Origin: Meyerozyma guilliermondii
Lineage: Eukaryota
NCBI GenBank assembly: GCA_051546255.1
Contig: CP128817.1
Coordinates: 868,001-932,000 of the forward strand
DNA: 64,000 nucleotides
Reading direction: 5' to 3'
In this document: in pieces, positions 9,716 through 21,373 of the stretch
How positions within the stretch are numbered: the first letter of the stretch is position 1
Layout: every line of letters starts with the position of its first letter
Made by a program: the position numbers and the translations under genes
The notes under the pieces: model-generated
Told to the model about the DNA's origin: nothing
The model's input: the letters and a program-made list of their open reading frames with translations, nothing else
The model's database searches: none

Positions 9716-11407
9716 TTAACCATCCAGATCGGTGCTCCGCGGACCTAGCTGGGCAATCTCAATGTCGCTTTCGCTAGCCAGTTGCTTCTCTTTAATTTGG
9801 CTGAAAACCTCCAAATTCTTGACGATTTTTTCATCAGCAACTTCAGAGTCGAGAGCATTGAGGTACTCCCGAGGGATAATTAACGGCCAAACCCATTCGG
9901 CACAAATGGCAAAAAACATTAATACTCCAGGAAATCCCACGGCGCCTTTTGTCAAGGTGATTCCAAACTCGAAACCAAACGCTATTAGTTGCAAAATCAA
10001 GTAGATGTAGAAATACTTTTTGCTTGGAGTTTTGTCAATTTGGCGGAAAACTTCCGGGCAATTGGGATCGTTTTCGATGTAATCGTGGTCCATGAAAAGG
10101 TAGCGAATTCGGTTGGTGATAATATTGCCGTGAAGGCCAGTAATACCCATGATGAAAAAAAGACCCGAAAGAACTGCCTGAGGAATAAGTCCTAATACCA
10201 CCAAGAACGGTCGAGACATCATTGCAAACGTCATAATACCCTGAACTGTGTTGGTTATGCGCTGCTCAACCACCGACAATGCCTTTCCAGTACGGTGATC
10301 GTGAACCACTAGAGATTCGGTATGGAGAGGAGCCTGTGGAATTAACCCATTCGGAGCAGGAAATCCCAAAATTCCAGCGATTCCAGTGGTGAGTCCCAAT
10401 AATGCAAAGTCCCAGTGAAACGCCGACGGTTTTTTGAGGGGGTATTCCTTCAGTTGTGCCATCAATGACGAAACATTGTGGTCAAAGTAGAAGAGAAACG
10501 TGAGCAAAATAGCAAATGGAACAGCAAGAAACACATCTCCCACGCTGATATTTTCCAGGGGCCAGAAATGAATAAACCAGCCGTGGGGTCTTGCTTCTCC
10601 CGATAAAGTTGGAGCAAAAGATTTGGTAATGGGTAATCTTGCGAGTTCTGTTTTCTCCAAAAATCCACCAAAGTGAATAAATCCGGTGAAAAAAATCACA
10701 GAAGCCGGAACCCCGTAGTCCACAAAAATCTTGCGCACAACTGGGTTAAAGTAGTGGAGCTGAGACCCGAATATGTGGCTTCCAACTCCACAGGCTACCA
10801 TCAAAAGGGCAATCATTACCGAAGCGTAACCCGATGCCAAATCGACATGATGGAATTGACCATTAAGAAGCTGGATAGCCTTTTGAATATACACCACGCA
10901 GATGAAGAACCCAAACACATCGCACGAGTACAGACTGATGATTTTGAGGAAAGAAACCGAGTTGGTGAATGCAAGAATGAAGTGGAAAATCATCGACCAT
11001 AAGTATATCCAGCACATAAATGGAAAATAAGGGGTTCCTCGCGGTCCAATGAGCTCGTACACGGTATAGCTAAAGATGGAGATGGGTCCGGTAACTCCAA
11101 CTATACACAAAGGTTGACCGGAGAAAAGACCAAATGCGACTCCAGCAAACGCCAGACTCATCAACACTTCATTCACCCCATACGAGTTTTCTGTCTTGTC
11201 AAACATGTCCTGCGCAAACGCGATGGCGGGAAGAAGGTTTGTAAAGAATATGTAGGTTGTAGAAGGAACCACACGGTAATTCCAGGCATCAGTGAAATCG
11301 GACTTGTAGTATGGTAGTCGAGTTCTGACATCGTTGAGGACTCCGTAACCAACATATTTGAAGCTGCGGAGCCACAGAAGGCTAGGTACCCAATTTCGGG
11401 CGGGCAT
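9716..11407 (-). CDS. BOR1: Borate exporter Bor1, copy 3
   Basis: Translation identical to copy 1. Confidence 0.95.
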   Translation of the reverse strand: MPARNWVPSLLWLRSFKYVGYGVLNDVRTRLPYYKSDFTDAWNYRVVPSTTYIFFTNLLPAIAFAQDMFDKTENSYGVNEVLMSLAFAGVAFGLFSGQPLCIVGVTGPISIFSYTVYELIGPRGTPYFPFMCWIYLWSMIFHFILAFTNSVSFLKIISLYSCDVFGFFICVVYIQKAIQLLNGQFHHVDLASGYASVMIALLMVACGVGSHIFGSQLHYFNPVVRKIFVDYGVPASVIFFTGFIHFGGFLEKTELARLPITKSFAPTLSGEARPHGWFIHFWPLENISVGDVFLAVPFAILLTFLFYFDHNVSSLMAQLKEYPLKKPSAFHWDFALLGLTTGIAGILGFPAPNGLIPQAPLHTESLVVHDHRTGKALSVVEQRITNTVQGIMTFAMMSRPFLVVLGLIPQAVLSGLFFIMGITGLHGNIITNRIRYLFMDHDYIENDPNCPEVFRQIDKTPSKKYFYIYLILQLIAFGFEFGITLTKGAVGFPGVLMFFAICAEWVWPLIIPREYLNALDSEVADEKIVKNLEVFSQIKEKQLASESDIEIAQLGPRSTDLDG

Positions 11408-11658
11408 TAACAAAAGAAAATTGTTTTTGAAGGGGAGAAACTATTAGCAAATAAGTGGGTTAAGTGAGAATTGACTGCTAAATCCGGCACCTAACTCCGA
11501 TTAGATGGTGCGGCGATTGATTTTAGACCACGAGGTGGAAAATTTACGAGGTTCTTTTACCGGTAATTTACGAGTATATGGGACTTAAGGGAGTTATTCT
11601 ACCTAGAATAGCTTCGTCATATATATAGCTTAGCACTCCACTATGGAAATAGACACCA

Positions 11659-13350
11659 TTAACCATCCAGATCGGTGCTCCGCGGACCTAGCTGGGCAAT
11701 CTCAATGTCGCTTTCGCTAGCCAGTTGCTTCTCTTTAATTTGGCTGAAAACCTCCAAATTCTTGACGATTTTTTCATCAGCAACTTCAGAGTCGAGAGCA
11801 TTGAGGTACTCCCGAGGGATAATTAACGGCCAAACCCATTCGGCACAAATGGCAAAAAACATTAATACTCCAGGAAATCCCACGGCGCCTTTTGTCAAGG
11901 TGATTCCAAACTCGAAACCAAACGCTATTAGTTGCAAAATCAAGTAGATGTAGAAATACTTTTTGCTTGGAGTTTTGTCAATTTGGCGGAAAACTTCCGG
12001 GCAATTGGGATCGTTTTCGATGTAATCGTGGTCCATGAAAAGGTAGCGAATTCGGTTGGTGATAATATTGCCGTGAAGGCCAGTAATACCCATGATGAAA
12101 AAAAGACCCGAAAGAACTGCCTGAGGAATAAGTCCTAATACCACCAAGAACGGTCGAGACATCATTGCAAACGTCATAATACCCTGAACTGTGTTGGTTA
12201 TGCGCTGCTCAACCACCGACAATGCCTTTCCAGTACGGTGATCGTGAACCACTAGAGATTCGGTATGGAGAGGAGCCTGTGGAATTAACCCATTCGGAGC
12301 AGGAAATCCCAAAATTCCAGCGATTCCAGTGGTGAGTCCCAATAATGCAAAGTCCCAGTGAAACGCCGACGGTTTTTTGAGGGGGTATTCCTTCAGTTGT
12401 GCCATCAATGACGAAACATTGTGGTCAAAGTAGAAGAGAAACGTGAGCAAAATAGCAAATGGAACAGCAAGAAACACATCTCCCACGCTGATATTTTCCA
12501 GGGGCCAGAAATGAATAAACCAGCCGTGGGGTCTTGCTTCTCCCGATAAAGTTGGAGCAAAAGATTTGGTAATGGGTAATCTTGCGAGTTCTGTTTTCTC
12601 CAAAAATCCACCAAAGTGAATAAATCCGGTGAAAAAAATCACAGAAGCCGGAACCCCGTAGTCCACAAAAATCTTGCGCACAACTGGGTTAAAGTAGTGG
12701 AGCTGAGACCCGAATATGTGGCTTCCAACTCCACAGGCTACCATCAAAAGGGCAATCATTACCGAAGCGTAACCCGATGCCAAATCGACATGATGGAATT
12801 GACCATTAAGAAGCTGGATAGCCTTTTGAATATACACCACGCAGATGAAGAACCCAAACACATCGCACGAGTACAGACTGATGATTTTGAGGAAAGAAAC
12901 CGAGTTGGTGAATGCAAGAATGAAGTGGAAAATCATCGACCATAAGTATATCCAGCACATAAATGGAAAATAAGGGGTTCCTCGCGGTCCAATGAGCTCG
13001 TACACGGTATAGCTAAAGATGGAGATGGGTCCGGTAACTCCAACTATACACAAAGGTTGACCGGAGAAAAGACCAAATGCGACTCCAGCAAACGCCAGAC
13101 TCATCAACACTTCATTCACCCCATACGAGTTTTCTGTCTTGTCAAACATGTCCTGCGCAAACGCGATGGCGGGAAGAAGGTTTGTAAAGAATATGTAGGT
13201 TGTAGAAGGAACCACACGGTAATTCCAGGCATCAGTGAAATCGGACTTGTAGTATGGTAGTCGAGTTCTGACATCGTTGAGGACTCCGTAACCAACATAT
13301 TTGAAGCTGCGGAGCCACAGAAGGCTAGGTACCCAATTTCGGGCGGGCAT
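11659..13350 (-). CDS. BOR1: Borate exporter Bor1, copy 4
   Basis: Translation identical to copy 1. Confidence 0.95.
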   Translation of the reverse strand: MPARNWVPSLLWLRSFKYVGYGVLNDVRTRLPYYKSDFTDAWNYRVVPSTTYIFFTNLLPAIAFAQDMFDKTENSYGVNEVLMSLAFAGVAFGLFSGQPLCIVGVTGPISIFSYTVYELIGPRGTPYFPFMCWIYLWSMIFHFILAFTNSVSFLKIISLYSCDVFGFFICVVYIQKAIQLLNGQFHHVDLASGYASVMIALLMVACGVGSHIFGSQLHYFNPVVRKIFVDYGVPASVIFFTGFIHFGGFLEKTELARLPITKSFAPTLSGEARPHGWFIHFWPLENISVGDVFLAVPFAILLTFLFYFDHNVSSLMAQLKEYPLKKPSAFHWDFALLGLTTGIAGILGFPAPNGLIPQAPLHTESLVVHDHRTGKALSVVEQRITNTVQGIMTFAMMSRPFLVVLGLIPQAVLSGLFFIMGITGLHGNIITNRIRYLFMDHDYIENDPNCPEVFRQIDKTPSKKYFYIYLILQLIAFGFEFGITLTKGAVGFPGVLMFFAICAEWVWPLIIPREYLNALDSEVADEKIVKNLEVFSQIKEKQLASESDIEIAQLGPRSTDLDG

Positions 13351-13601
13351 TAACAAAAGAAAATTGTTTTTGAAGGGGAGAAACTATTAGCAAATAAGTG
13401 GGTTAAGTGAGAATTGACTGCTAAATCCGGCACCTAACTCCGATTAGATGGTGCGGCGATTGATTTTAGACCACGAGGTGGAAAATTTACGAGGTTCTTT
13501 TACCGGTAATTTACGAGTATATGGGACTTAAGGGAGTTATTCTACCTAGAATAGCTTCGTCATATATATAGCTTAGCACTCCACTATGGAAATAGACACC
13601 A

Positions 13602-15293
13602 TTAACCATCCAGATCGGTGCTCCGCGGACCTAGCTGGGCAATCTCAATGTCGCTTTCGCTAGCCAGTTGCTTCTCTTTAATTTGGCTGAAAACCTCCAA
13701 ATTCTTGACGATTTTTTCATCAGCAACTTCAGAGTCGAGAGCATTGAGGTACTCCCGAGGGATAATTAACGGCCAAACCCATTCGGCACAAATGGCAAAA
13801 AACATTAATACTCCAGGAAATCCCACGGCGCCTTTTGTCAAGGTGATTCCAAACTCGAAACCAAACGCTATTAGTTGCAAAATCAAGTAGATGTAGAAAT
13901 ACTTTTTGCTTGGAGTTTTGTCAATTTGGCGGAAAACTTCCGGGCAATTGGGATCGTTTTCGATGTAATCGTGGTCCATGAAAAGGTAGCGAATTCGGTT
14001 GGTGATAATATTGCCGTGAAGGCCAGTAATACCCATGATGAAAAAAAGACCCGAAAGAACTGCCTGAGGAATAAGTCCTAATACCACCAAGAACGGTCGA
14101 GACATCATTGCAAACGTCATAATACCCTGAACTGTGTTGGTTATGCGCTGCTCAACCACCGACAATGCCTTTCCAGTACGGTGATCGTGAACCACTAGAG
14201 ATTCGGTATGGAGAGGAGCCTGTGGAATTAACCCATTCGGAGCAGGAAATCCCAAAATTCCAGCGATTCCAGTGGTGAGTCCCAATAATGCAAAGTCCCA
14301 GTGAAACGCCGACGGTTTTTTGAGGGGGTATTCCTTCAGTTGTGCCATCAATGACGAAACATTGTGGTCAAAGTAGAAGAGAAACGTGAGCAAAATAGCA
14401 AATGGAACAGCAAGAAACACATCTCCCACGCTGATATTTTCCAGGGGCCAGAAATGAATAAACCAGCCGTGGGGTCTTGCTTCTCCCGATAAAGTTGGAG
14501 CAAAAGATTTGGTAATGGGTAATCTTGCGAGTTCTGTTTTCTCCAAAAATCCACCAAAGTGAATAAATCCGGTGAAAAAAATCACAGAAGCCGGAACCCC
14601 GTAGTCCACAAAAATCTTGCGCACAACTGGGTTAAAGTAGTGGAGCTGAGACCCGAATATGTGGCTTCCAACTCCACAGGCTACCATCAAAAGGGCAATC
14701 ATTACCGAAGCGTAACCCGATGCCAAATCGACATGATGGAATTGACCATTAAGAAGCTGGATAGCCTTTTGAATATACACCACGCAGATGAAGAACCCAA
14801 ACACATCGCACGAGTACAGACTGATGATTTTGAGGAAAGAAACCGAGTTGGTGAATGCAAGAATGAAGTGGAAAATCATCGACCATAAGTATATCCAGCA
14901 CATAAATGGAAAATAAGGGGTTCCTCGCGGTCCAATGAGCTCGTACACGGTATAGCTAAAGATGGAGATGGGTCCGGTAACTCCAACTATACACAAAGGT
15001 TGACCGGAGAAAAGACCAAATGCGACTCCAGCAAACGCCAGACTCATCAACACTTCATTCACCCCATACGAGTTTTCTGTCTTGTCAAACATGTCCTGCG
15101 CAAACGCGATGGCGGGAAGAAGGTTTGTAAAGAATATGTAGGTTGTAGAAGGAACCACACGGTAATTCCAGGCATCAGTGAAATCGGACTTGTAGTATGG
15201 TAGTCGAGTTCTGACATCGTTGAGGACTCCGTAACCAACATATTTGAAGCTGCGGAGCCACAGAAGGCTAGGTACCCAATTTCGGGCGGGCAT
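13602..15293 (-). CDS. BOR1: Borate exporter Bor1, copy 5
   Basis: Translation identical to copy 1. Confidence 0.95.
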   Translation of the reverse strand: MPARNWVPSLLWLRSFKYVGYGVLNDVRTRLPYYKSDFTDAWNYRVVPSTTYIFFTNLLPAIAFAQDMFDKTENSYGVNEVLMSLAFAGVAFGLFSGQPLCIVGVTGPISIFSYTVYELIGPRGTPYFPFMCWIYLWSMIFHFILAFTNSVSFLKIISLYSCDVFGFFICVVYIQKAIQLLNGQFHHVDLASGYASVMIALLMVACGVGSHIFGSQLHYFNPVVRKIFVDYGVPASVIFFTGFIHFGGFLEKTELARLPITKSFAPTLSGEARPHGWFIHFWPLENISVGDVFLAVPFAILLTFLFYFDHNVSSLMAQLKEYPLKKPSAFHWDFALLGLTTGIAGILGFPAPNGLIPQAPLHTESLVVHDHRTGKALSVVEQRITNTVQGIMTFAMMSRPFLVVLGLIPQAVLSGLFFIMGITGLHGNIITNRIRYLFMDHDYIENDPNCPEVFRQIDKTPSKKYFYIYLILQLIAFGFEFGITLTKGAVGFPGVLMFFAICAEWVWPLIIPREYLNALDSEVADEKIVKNLEVFSQIKEKQLASESDIEIAQLGPRSTDLDG

Positions 15294-15544
15294 TAACAAA
15301 AGAAAATTGTTTTTGAAGGGGAGAAACTATTAGCAAATAAGTGGGTTAAGTGAGAATTGACTGCTAAATCCGGCACCTAACTCCGATTAGATGGTGCGGC
15401 GATTGATTTTAGACCACGAGGTGGAAAATTTACGAGGTTCTTTTACCGGTAATTTACGAGTATATGGGACTTAAGGGAGTTATTCTACCTAGAATAGCTT
15501 CGTCATATATATAGCTTAGCACTCCACTATGGAAATAGACACCA

Positions 15545-17236
15545 TTAACCATCCAGATCGGTGCTCCGCGGACCTAGCTGGGCAATCTCAATGTCGCTTT
15601 CGCTAGCCAGTTGCTTCTCTTTAATTTGGCTGAAAACCTCCAAATTCTTGACGATTTTTTCATCAGCAACTTCAGAGTCGAGAGCATTGAGGTACTCCCG
15701 AGGGATAATTAACGGCCAAACCCATTCGGCACAAATGGCAAAAAACATTAATACTCCAGGAAATCCCACGGCGCCTTTTGTCAAGGTGATTCCAAACTCG
15801 AAACCAAACGCTATTAGTTGCAAAATCAAGTAGATGTAGAAATACTTTTTGCTTGGAGTTTTGTCAATTTGGCGGAAAACTTCCGGGCAATTGGGATCGT
15901 TTTCGATGTAATCGTGGTCCATGAAAAGGTAGCGAATTCGGTTGGTGATAATATTGCCGTGAAGGCCAGTAATACCCATGATGAAAAAAAGACCCGAAAG
16001 AACTGCCTGAGGAATAAGTCCTAATACCACCAAGAACGGTCGAGACATCATTGCAAACGTCATAATACCCTGAACTGTGTTGGTTATGCGCTGCTCAACC
16101 ACCGACAATGCCTTTCCAGTACGGTGATCGTGAACCACTAGAGATTCGGTATGGAGAGGAGCCTGTGGAATTAACCCATTCGGAGCAGGAAATCCCAAAA
16201 TTCCAGCGATTCCAGTGGTGAGTCCCAATAATGCAAAGTCCCAGTGAAACGCCGACGGTTTTTTGAGGGGGTATTCCTTCAGTTGTGCCATCAATGACGA
16301 AACATTGTGGTCAAAGTAGAAGAGAAACGTGAGCAAAATAGCAAATGGAACAGCAAGAAACACATCTCCCACGCTGATATTTTCCAGGGGCCAGAAATGA
16401 ATAAACCAGCCGTGGGGTCTTGCTTCTCCCGATAAAGTTGGAGCAAAAGATTTGGTAATGGGTAATCTTGCGAGTTCTGTTTTCTCCAAAAATCCACCAA
16501 AGTGAATAAATCCGGTGAAAAAAATCACAGAAGCCGGAACCCCGTAGTCCACAAAAATCTTGCGCACAACTGGGTTAAAGTAGTGGAGCTGAGACCCGAA
16601 TATGTGGCTTCCAACTCCACAGGCTACCATCAAAAGGGCAATCATTACCGAAGCGTAACCCGATGCCAAATCGACATGATGGAATTGACCATTAAGAAGC
16701 TGGATAGCCTTTTGAATATACACCACGCAGATGAAGAACCCAAACACATCGCACGAGTACAGACTGATGATTTTGAGGAAAGAAACCGAGTTGGTGAATG
16801 CAAGAATGAAGTGGAAAATCATCGACCATAAGTATATCCAGCACATAAATGGAAAATAAGGGGTTCCTCGCGGTCCAATGAGCTCGTACACGGTATAGCT
16901 AAAGATGGAGATGGGTCCGGTAACTCCAACTATACACAAAGGTTGACCGGAGAAAAGACCAAATGCGACTCCAGCAAACGCCAGACTCATCAACACTTCA
17001 TTCACCCCATACGAGTTTTCTGTCTTGTCAAACATGTCCTGCGCAAACGCGATGGCGGGAAGAAGGTTTGTAAAGAATATGTAGGTTGTAGAAGGAACCA
17101 CACGGTAATTCCAGGCATCAGTGAAATCGGACTTGTAGTATGGTAGTCGAGTTCTGACATCGTTGAGGACTCCGTAACCAACATATTTGAAGCTGCGGAG
17201 CCACAGAAGGCTAGGTACCCAATTTCGGGCGGGCAT
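15545..17236 (-). CDS. BOR1: Borate exporter Bor1, copy 6
   Basis: Translation identical to copy 1. Confidence 0.95.
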   Translation of the reverse strand: MPARNWVPSLLWLRSFKYVGYGVLNDVRTRLPYYKSDFTDAWNYRVVPSTTYIFFTNLLPAIAFAQDMFDKTENSYGVNEVLMSLAFAGVAFGLFSGQPLCIVGVTGPISIFSYTVYELIGPRGTPYFPFMCWIYLWSMIFHFILAFTNSVSFLKIISLYSCDVFGFFICVVYIQKAIQLLNGQFHHVDLASGYASVMIALLMVACGVGSHIFGSQLHYFNPVVRKIFVDYGVPASVIFFTGFIHFGGFLEKTELARLPITKSFAPTLSGEARPHGWFIHFWPLENISVGDVFLAVPFAILLTFLFYFDHNVSSLMAQLKEYPLKKPSAFHWDFALLGLTTGIAGILGFPAPNGLIPQAPLHTESLVVHDHRTGKALSVVEQRITNTVQGIMTFAMMSRPFLVVLGLIPQAVLSGLFFIMGITGLHGNIITNRIRYLFMDHDYIENDPNCPEVFRQIDKTPSKKYFYIYLILQLIAFGFEFGITLTKGAVGFPGVLMFFAICAEWVWPLIIPREYLNALDSEVADEKIVKNLEVFSQIKEKQLASESDIEIAQLGPRSTDLDG

Positions 17237-17487
17237 TAACAAAAGAAAATTGTTTTTGAAGGGGAGAAACTATTAGCAAATAAGTGGGTTAAGTGAGAAT
17301 TGACTGCTAAATCCGGCACCTAACTCCGATTAGATGGTGCGGCGATTGATTTTAGACCACGAGGTGGAAAATTTACGAGGTTCTTTTACCGGTAATTTAC
17401 GAGTATATGGGACTTAAGGGAGTTATTCTACCTAGAATAGCTTCGTCATATATATAGCTTAGCACTCCACTATGGAAATAGACACCA

Positions 17488-19179
17488 TTAACCATCCAGA
17501 TCGGTGCTCCGCGGACCTAGCTGGGCAATCTCAATGTCGCTTTCGCTAGCCAGTTGCTTCTCTTTAATTTGGCTGAAAACCTCCAAATTCTTGACGATTT
17601 TTTCATCAGCAACTTCAGAGTCGAGAGCATTGAGGTACTCCCGAGGGATAATTAACGGCCAAACCCATTCGGCACAAATGGCAAAAAACATTAATACTCC
17701 AGGAAATCCCACGGCGCCTTTTGTCAAGGTGATTCCAAACTCGAAACCAAACGCTATTAGTTGCAAAATCAAGTAGATGTAGAAATACTTTTTGCTTGGA
17801 GTTTTGTCAATTTGGCGGAAAACTTCCGGGCAATTGGGATCGTTTTCGATGTAATCGTGGTCCATGAAAAGGTAGCGAATTCGGTTGGTGATAATATTGC
17901 CGTGAAGGCCAGTAATACCCATGATGAAAAAAAGACCCGAAAGAACTGCCTGAGGAATAAGTCCTAATACCACCAAGAACGGTCGAGACATCATTGCAAA
18001 CGTCATAATACCCTGAACTGTGTTGGTTATGCGCTGCTCAACCACCGACAATGCCTTTCCAGTACGGTGATCGTGAACCACTAGAGATTCGGTATGGAGA
18101 GGAGCCTGTGGAATTAACCCATTCGGAGCAGGAAATCCCAAAATTCCAGCGATTCCAGTGGTGAGTCCCAATAATGCAAAGTCCCAGTGAAACGCCGACG
18201 GTTTTTTGAGGGGGTATTCCTTCAGTTGTGCCATCAATGACGAAACATTGTGGTCAAAGTAGAAGAGAAACGTGAGCAAAATAGCAAATGGAACAGCAAG
18301 AAACACATCTCCCACGCTGATATTTTCCAGGGGCCAGAAATGAATAAACCAGCCGTGGGGTCTTGCTTCTCCCGATAAAGTTGGAGCAAAAGATTTGGTA
18401 ATGGGTAATCTTGCGAGTTCTGTTTTCTCCAAAAATCCACCAAAGTGAATAAATCCGGTGAAAAAAATCACAGAAGCCGGAACCCCGTAGTCCACAAAAA
18501 TCTTGCGCACAACTGGGTTAAAGTAGTGGAGCTGAGACCCGAATATGTGGCTTCCAACTCCACAGGCTACCATCAAAAGGGCAATCATTACCGAAGCGTA
18601 ACCCGATGCCAAATCGACATGATGGAATTGACCATTAAGAAGCTGGATAGCCTTTTGAATATACACCACGCAGATGAAGAACCCAAACACATCGCACGAG
18701 TACAGACTGATGATTTTGAGGAAAGAAACCGAGTTGGTGAATGCAAGAATGAAGTGGAAAATCATCGACCATAAGTATATCCAGCACATAAATGGAAAAT
18801 AAGGGGTTCCTCGCGGTCCAATGAGCTCGTACACGGTATAGCTAAAGATGGAGATGGGTCCGGTAACTCCAACTATACACAAAGGTTGACCGGAGAAAAG
18901 ACCAAATGCGACTCCAGCAAACGCCAGACTCATCAACACTTCATTCACCCCATACGAGTTTTCTGTCTTGTCAAACATGTCCTGCGCAAACGCGATGGCG
19001 GGAAGAAGGTTTGTAAAGAATATGTAGGTTGTAGAAGGAACCACACGGTAATTCCAGGCATCAGTGAAATCGGACTTGTAGTATGGTAGTCGAGTTCTGA
19101 CATCGTTGAGGACTCCGTAACCAACATATTTGAAGCTGCGGAGCCACAGAAGGCTAGGTACCCAATTTCGGGCGGGCAT
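17488..19179 (-). CDS. BOR1: Borate exporter Bor1, copy 7
   Basis: Translation identical to copy 1. Confidence 0.95.
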   Translation of the reverse strand: MPARNWVPSLLWLRSFKYVGYGVLNDVRTRLPYYKSDFTDAWNYRVVPSTTYIFFTNLLPAIAFAQDMFDKTENSYGVNEVLMSLAFAGVAFGLFSGQPLCIVGVTGPISIFSYTVYELIGPRGTPYFPFMCWIYLWSMIFHFILAFTNSVSFLKIISLYSCDVFGFFICVVYIQKAIQLLNGQFHHVDLASGYASVMIALLMVACGVGSHIFGSQLHYFNPVVRKIFVDYGVPASVIFFTGFIHFGGFLEKTELARLPITKSFAPTLSGEARPHGWFIHFWPLENISVGDVFLAVPFAILLTFLFYFDHNVSSLMAQLKEYPLKKPSAFHWDFALLGLTTGIAGILGFPAPNGLIPQAPLHTESLVVHDHRTGKALSVVEQRITNTVQGIMTFAMMSRPFLVVLGLIPQAVLSGLFFIMGITGLHGNIITNRIRYLFMDHDYIENDPNCPEVFRQIDKTPSKKYFYIYLILQLIAFGFEFGITLTKGAVGFPGVLMFFAICAEWVWPLIIPREYLNALDSEVADEKIVKNLEVFSQIKEKQLASESDIEIAQLGPRSTDLDG

Positions 19180-19430
19180 TAACAAAAGAAAATTGTTTTT
19201 GAAGGGGAGAAACTATTAGCAAATAAGTGGGTTAAGTGAGAATTGACTGCTAAATCCGGCACCTAACTCCGATTAGATGGTGCGGCGATTGATTTTAGAC
19301 CACGAGGTGGAAAATTTACGAGGTTCTTTTACCGGTAATTTACGAGTATATGGGACTTAAGGGAGTTATTCTACCTAGAATAGCTTCGTCATATATATAG
19401 CTTAGCACTCCACTATGGAAATAGACACCA

Positions 19431-21122
19431 TTAACCATCCAGATCGGTGCTCCGCGGACCTAGCTGGGCAATCTCAATGTCGCTTTCGCTAGCCAGTTGC
19501 TTCTCTTTAATTTGGCTGAAAACCTCCAAATTCTTGACGATTTTTTCATCAGCAACTTCAGAGTCGAGAGCATTGAGGTACTCCCGAGGGATAATTAACG
19601 GCCAAACCCATTCGGCACAAATGGCAAAAAACATTAATACTCCAGGAAATCCCACGGCGCCTTTTGTCAAGGTGATTCCAAACTCGAAACCAAACGCTAT
19701 TAGTTGCAAAATCAAGTAGATGTAGAAATACTTTTTGCTTGGAGTTTTGTCAATTTGGCGGAAAACTTCCGGGCAATTGGGATCGTTTTCGATGTAATCG
19801 TGGTCCATGAAAAGGTAGCGAATTCGGTTGGTGATAATATTGCCGTGAAGGCCAGTAATACCCATGATGAAAAAAAGACCCGAAAGAACTGCCTGAGGAA
19901 TAAGTCCTAATACCACCAAGAACGGTCGAGACATCATTGCAAACGTCATAATACCCTGAACTGTGTTGGTTATGCGCTGCTCAACCACCGACAATGCCTT
20001 TCCAGTACGGTGATCGTGAACCACTAGAGATTCGGTATGGAGAGGAGCCTGTGGAATTAACCCATTCGGAGCAGGAAATCCCAAAATTCCAGCGATTCCA
20101 GTGGTGAGTCCCAATAATGCAAAGTCCCAGTGAAACGCCGACGGTTTTTTGAGGGGGTATTCCTTCAGTTGTGCCATCAATGACGAAACATTGTGGTCAA
20201 AGTAGAAGAGAAACGTGAGCAAAATAGCAAATGGAACAGCAAGAAACACATCTCCCACGCTGATATTTTCCAGGGGCCAGAAATGAATAAACCAGCCGTG
20301 GGGTCTTGCTTCTCCCGATAAAGTTGGAGCAAAAGATTTGGTAATGGGTAATCTTGCGAGTTCTGTTTTCTCCAAAAATCCACCAAAGTGAATAAATCCG
20401 GTGAAAAAAATCACAGAAGCCGGAACCCCGTAGTCCACAAAAATCTTGCGCACAACTGGGTTAAAGTAGTGGAGCTGAGACCCGAATATGTGGCTTCCAA
20501 CTCCACAGGCTACCATCAAAAGGGCAATCATTACCGAAGCGTAACCCGATGCCAAATCGACATGATGGAATTGACCATTAAGAAGCTGGATAGCCTTTTG
20601 AATATACACCACGCAGATGAAGAACCCAAACACATCGCACGAGTACAGACTGATGATTTTGAGGAAAGAAACCGAGTTGGTGAATGCAAGAATGAAGTGG
20701 AAAATCATCGACCATAAGTATATCCAGCACATAAATGGAAAATAAGGGGTTCCTCGCGGTCCAATGAGCTCGTACACGGTATAGCTAAAGATGGAGATGG
20801 GTCCGGTAACTCCAACTATACACAAAGGTTGACCGGAGAAAAGACCAAATGCGACTCCAGCAAACGCCAGACTCATCAACACTTCATTCACCCCATACGA
20901 GTTTTCTGTCTTGTCAAACATGTCCTGCGCAAACGCGATGGCGGGAAGAAGGTTTGTAAAGAATATGTAGGTTGTAGAAGGAACCACACGGTAATTCCAG
21001 GCATCAGTGAAATCGGACTTGTAGTATGGTAGTCGAGTTCTGACATCGTTGAGGACTCCGTAACCAACATATTTGAAGCTGCGGAGCCACAGAAGGCTAG
21101 GTACCCAATTTCGGGCGGGCAT
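19431..21122 (-). CDS. BOR1: Borate exporter Bor1, copy 8
   Basis: Translation identical to copy 1. Confidence 0.95.
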   Translation of the reverse strand: MPARNWVPSLLWLRSFKYVGYGVLNDVRTRLPYYKSDFTDAWNYRVVPSTTYIFFTNLLPAIAFAQDMFDKTENSYGVNEVLMSLAFAGVAFGLFSGQPLCIVGVTGPISIFSYTVYELIGPRGTPYFPFMCWIYLWSMIFHFILAFTNSVSFLKIISLYSCDVFGFFICVVYIQKAIQLLNGQFHHVDLASGYASVMIALLMVACGVGSHIFGSQLHYFNPVVRKIFVDYGVPASVIFFTGFIHFGGFLEKTELARLPITKSFAPTLSGEARPHGWFIHFWPLENISVGDVFLAVPFAILLTFLFYFDHNVSSLMAQLKEYPLKKPSAFHWDFALLGLTTGIAGILGFPAPNGLIPQAPLHTESLVVHDHRTGKALSVVEQRITNTVQGIMTFAMMSRPFLVVLGLIPQAVLSGLFFIMGITGLHGNIITNRIRYLFMDHDYIENDPNCPEVFRQIDKTPSKKYFYIYLILQLIAFGFEFGITLTKGAVGFPGVLMFFAICAEWVWPLIIPREYLNALDSEVADEKIVKNLEVFSQIKEKQLASESDIEIAQLGPRSTDLDG

Positions 21123-21373
21123 TAACAAAAGAAAATTGTTTTTGAAGGGGAGAAACTATTAGCAAATAAGTGGGTTAAGTGAGAATTGACTGCTAAATCC
21201 GGCACCTAACTCCGATTAGATGGTGCGGCGATTGATTTTAGACCACGAGGTGGAAAATTTACGAGGTTCTTTTACCGGTAATTTACGAGTATATGGGACT
21301 TAAGGGAGTTATTCTACCTAGAATAGCTTCGTCATATATATAGCTTAGCACTCCACTATGGAAATAGACACCA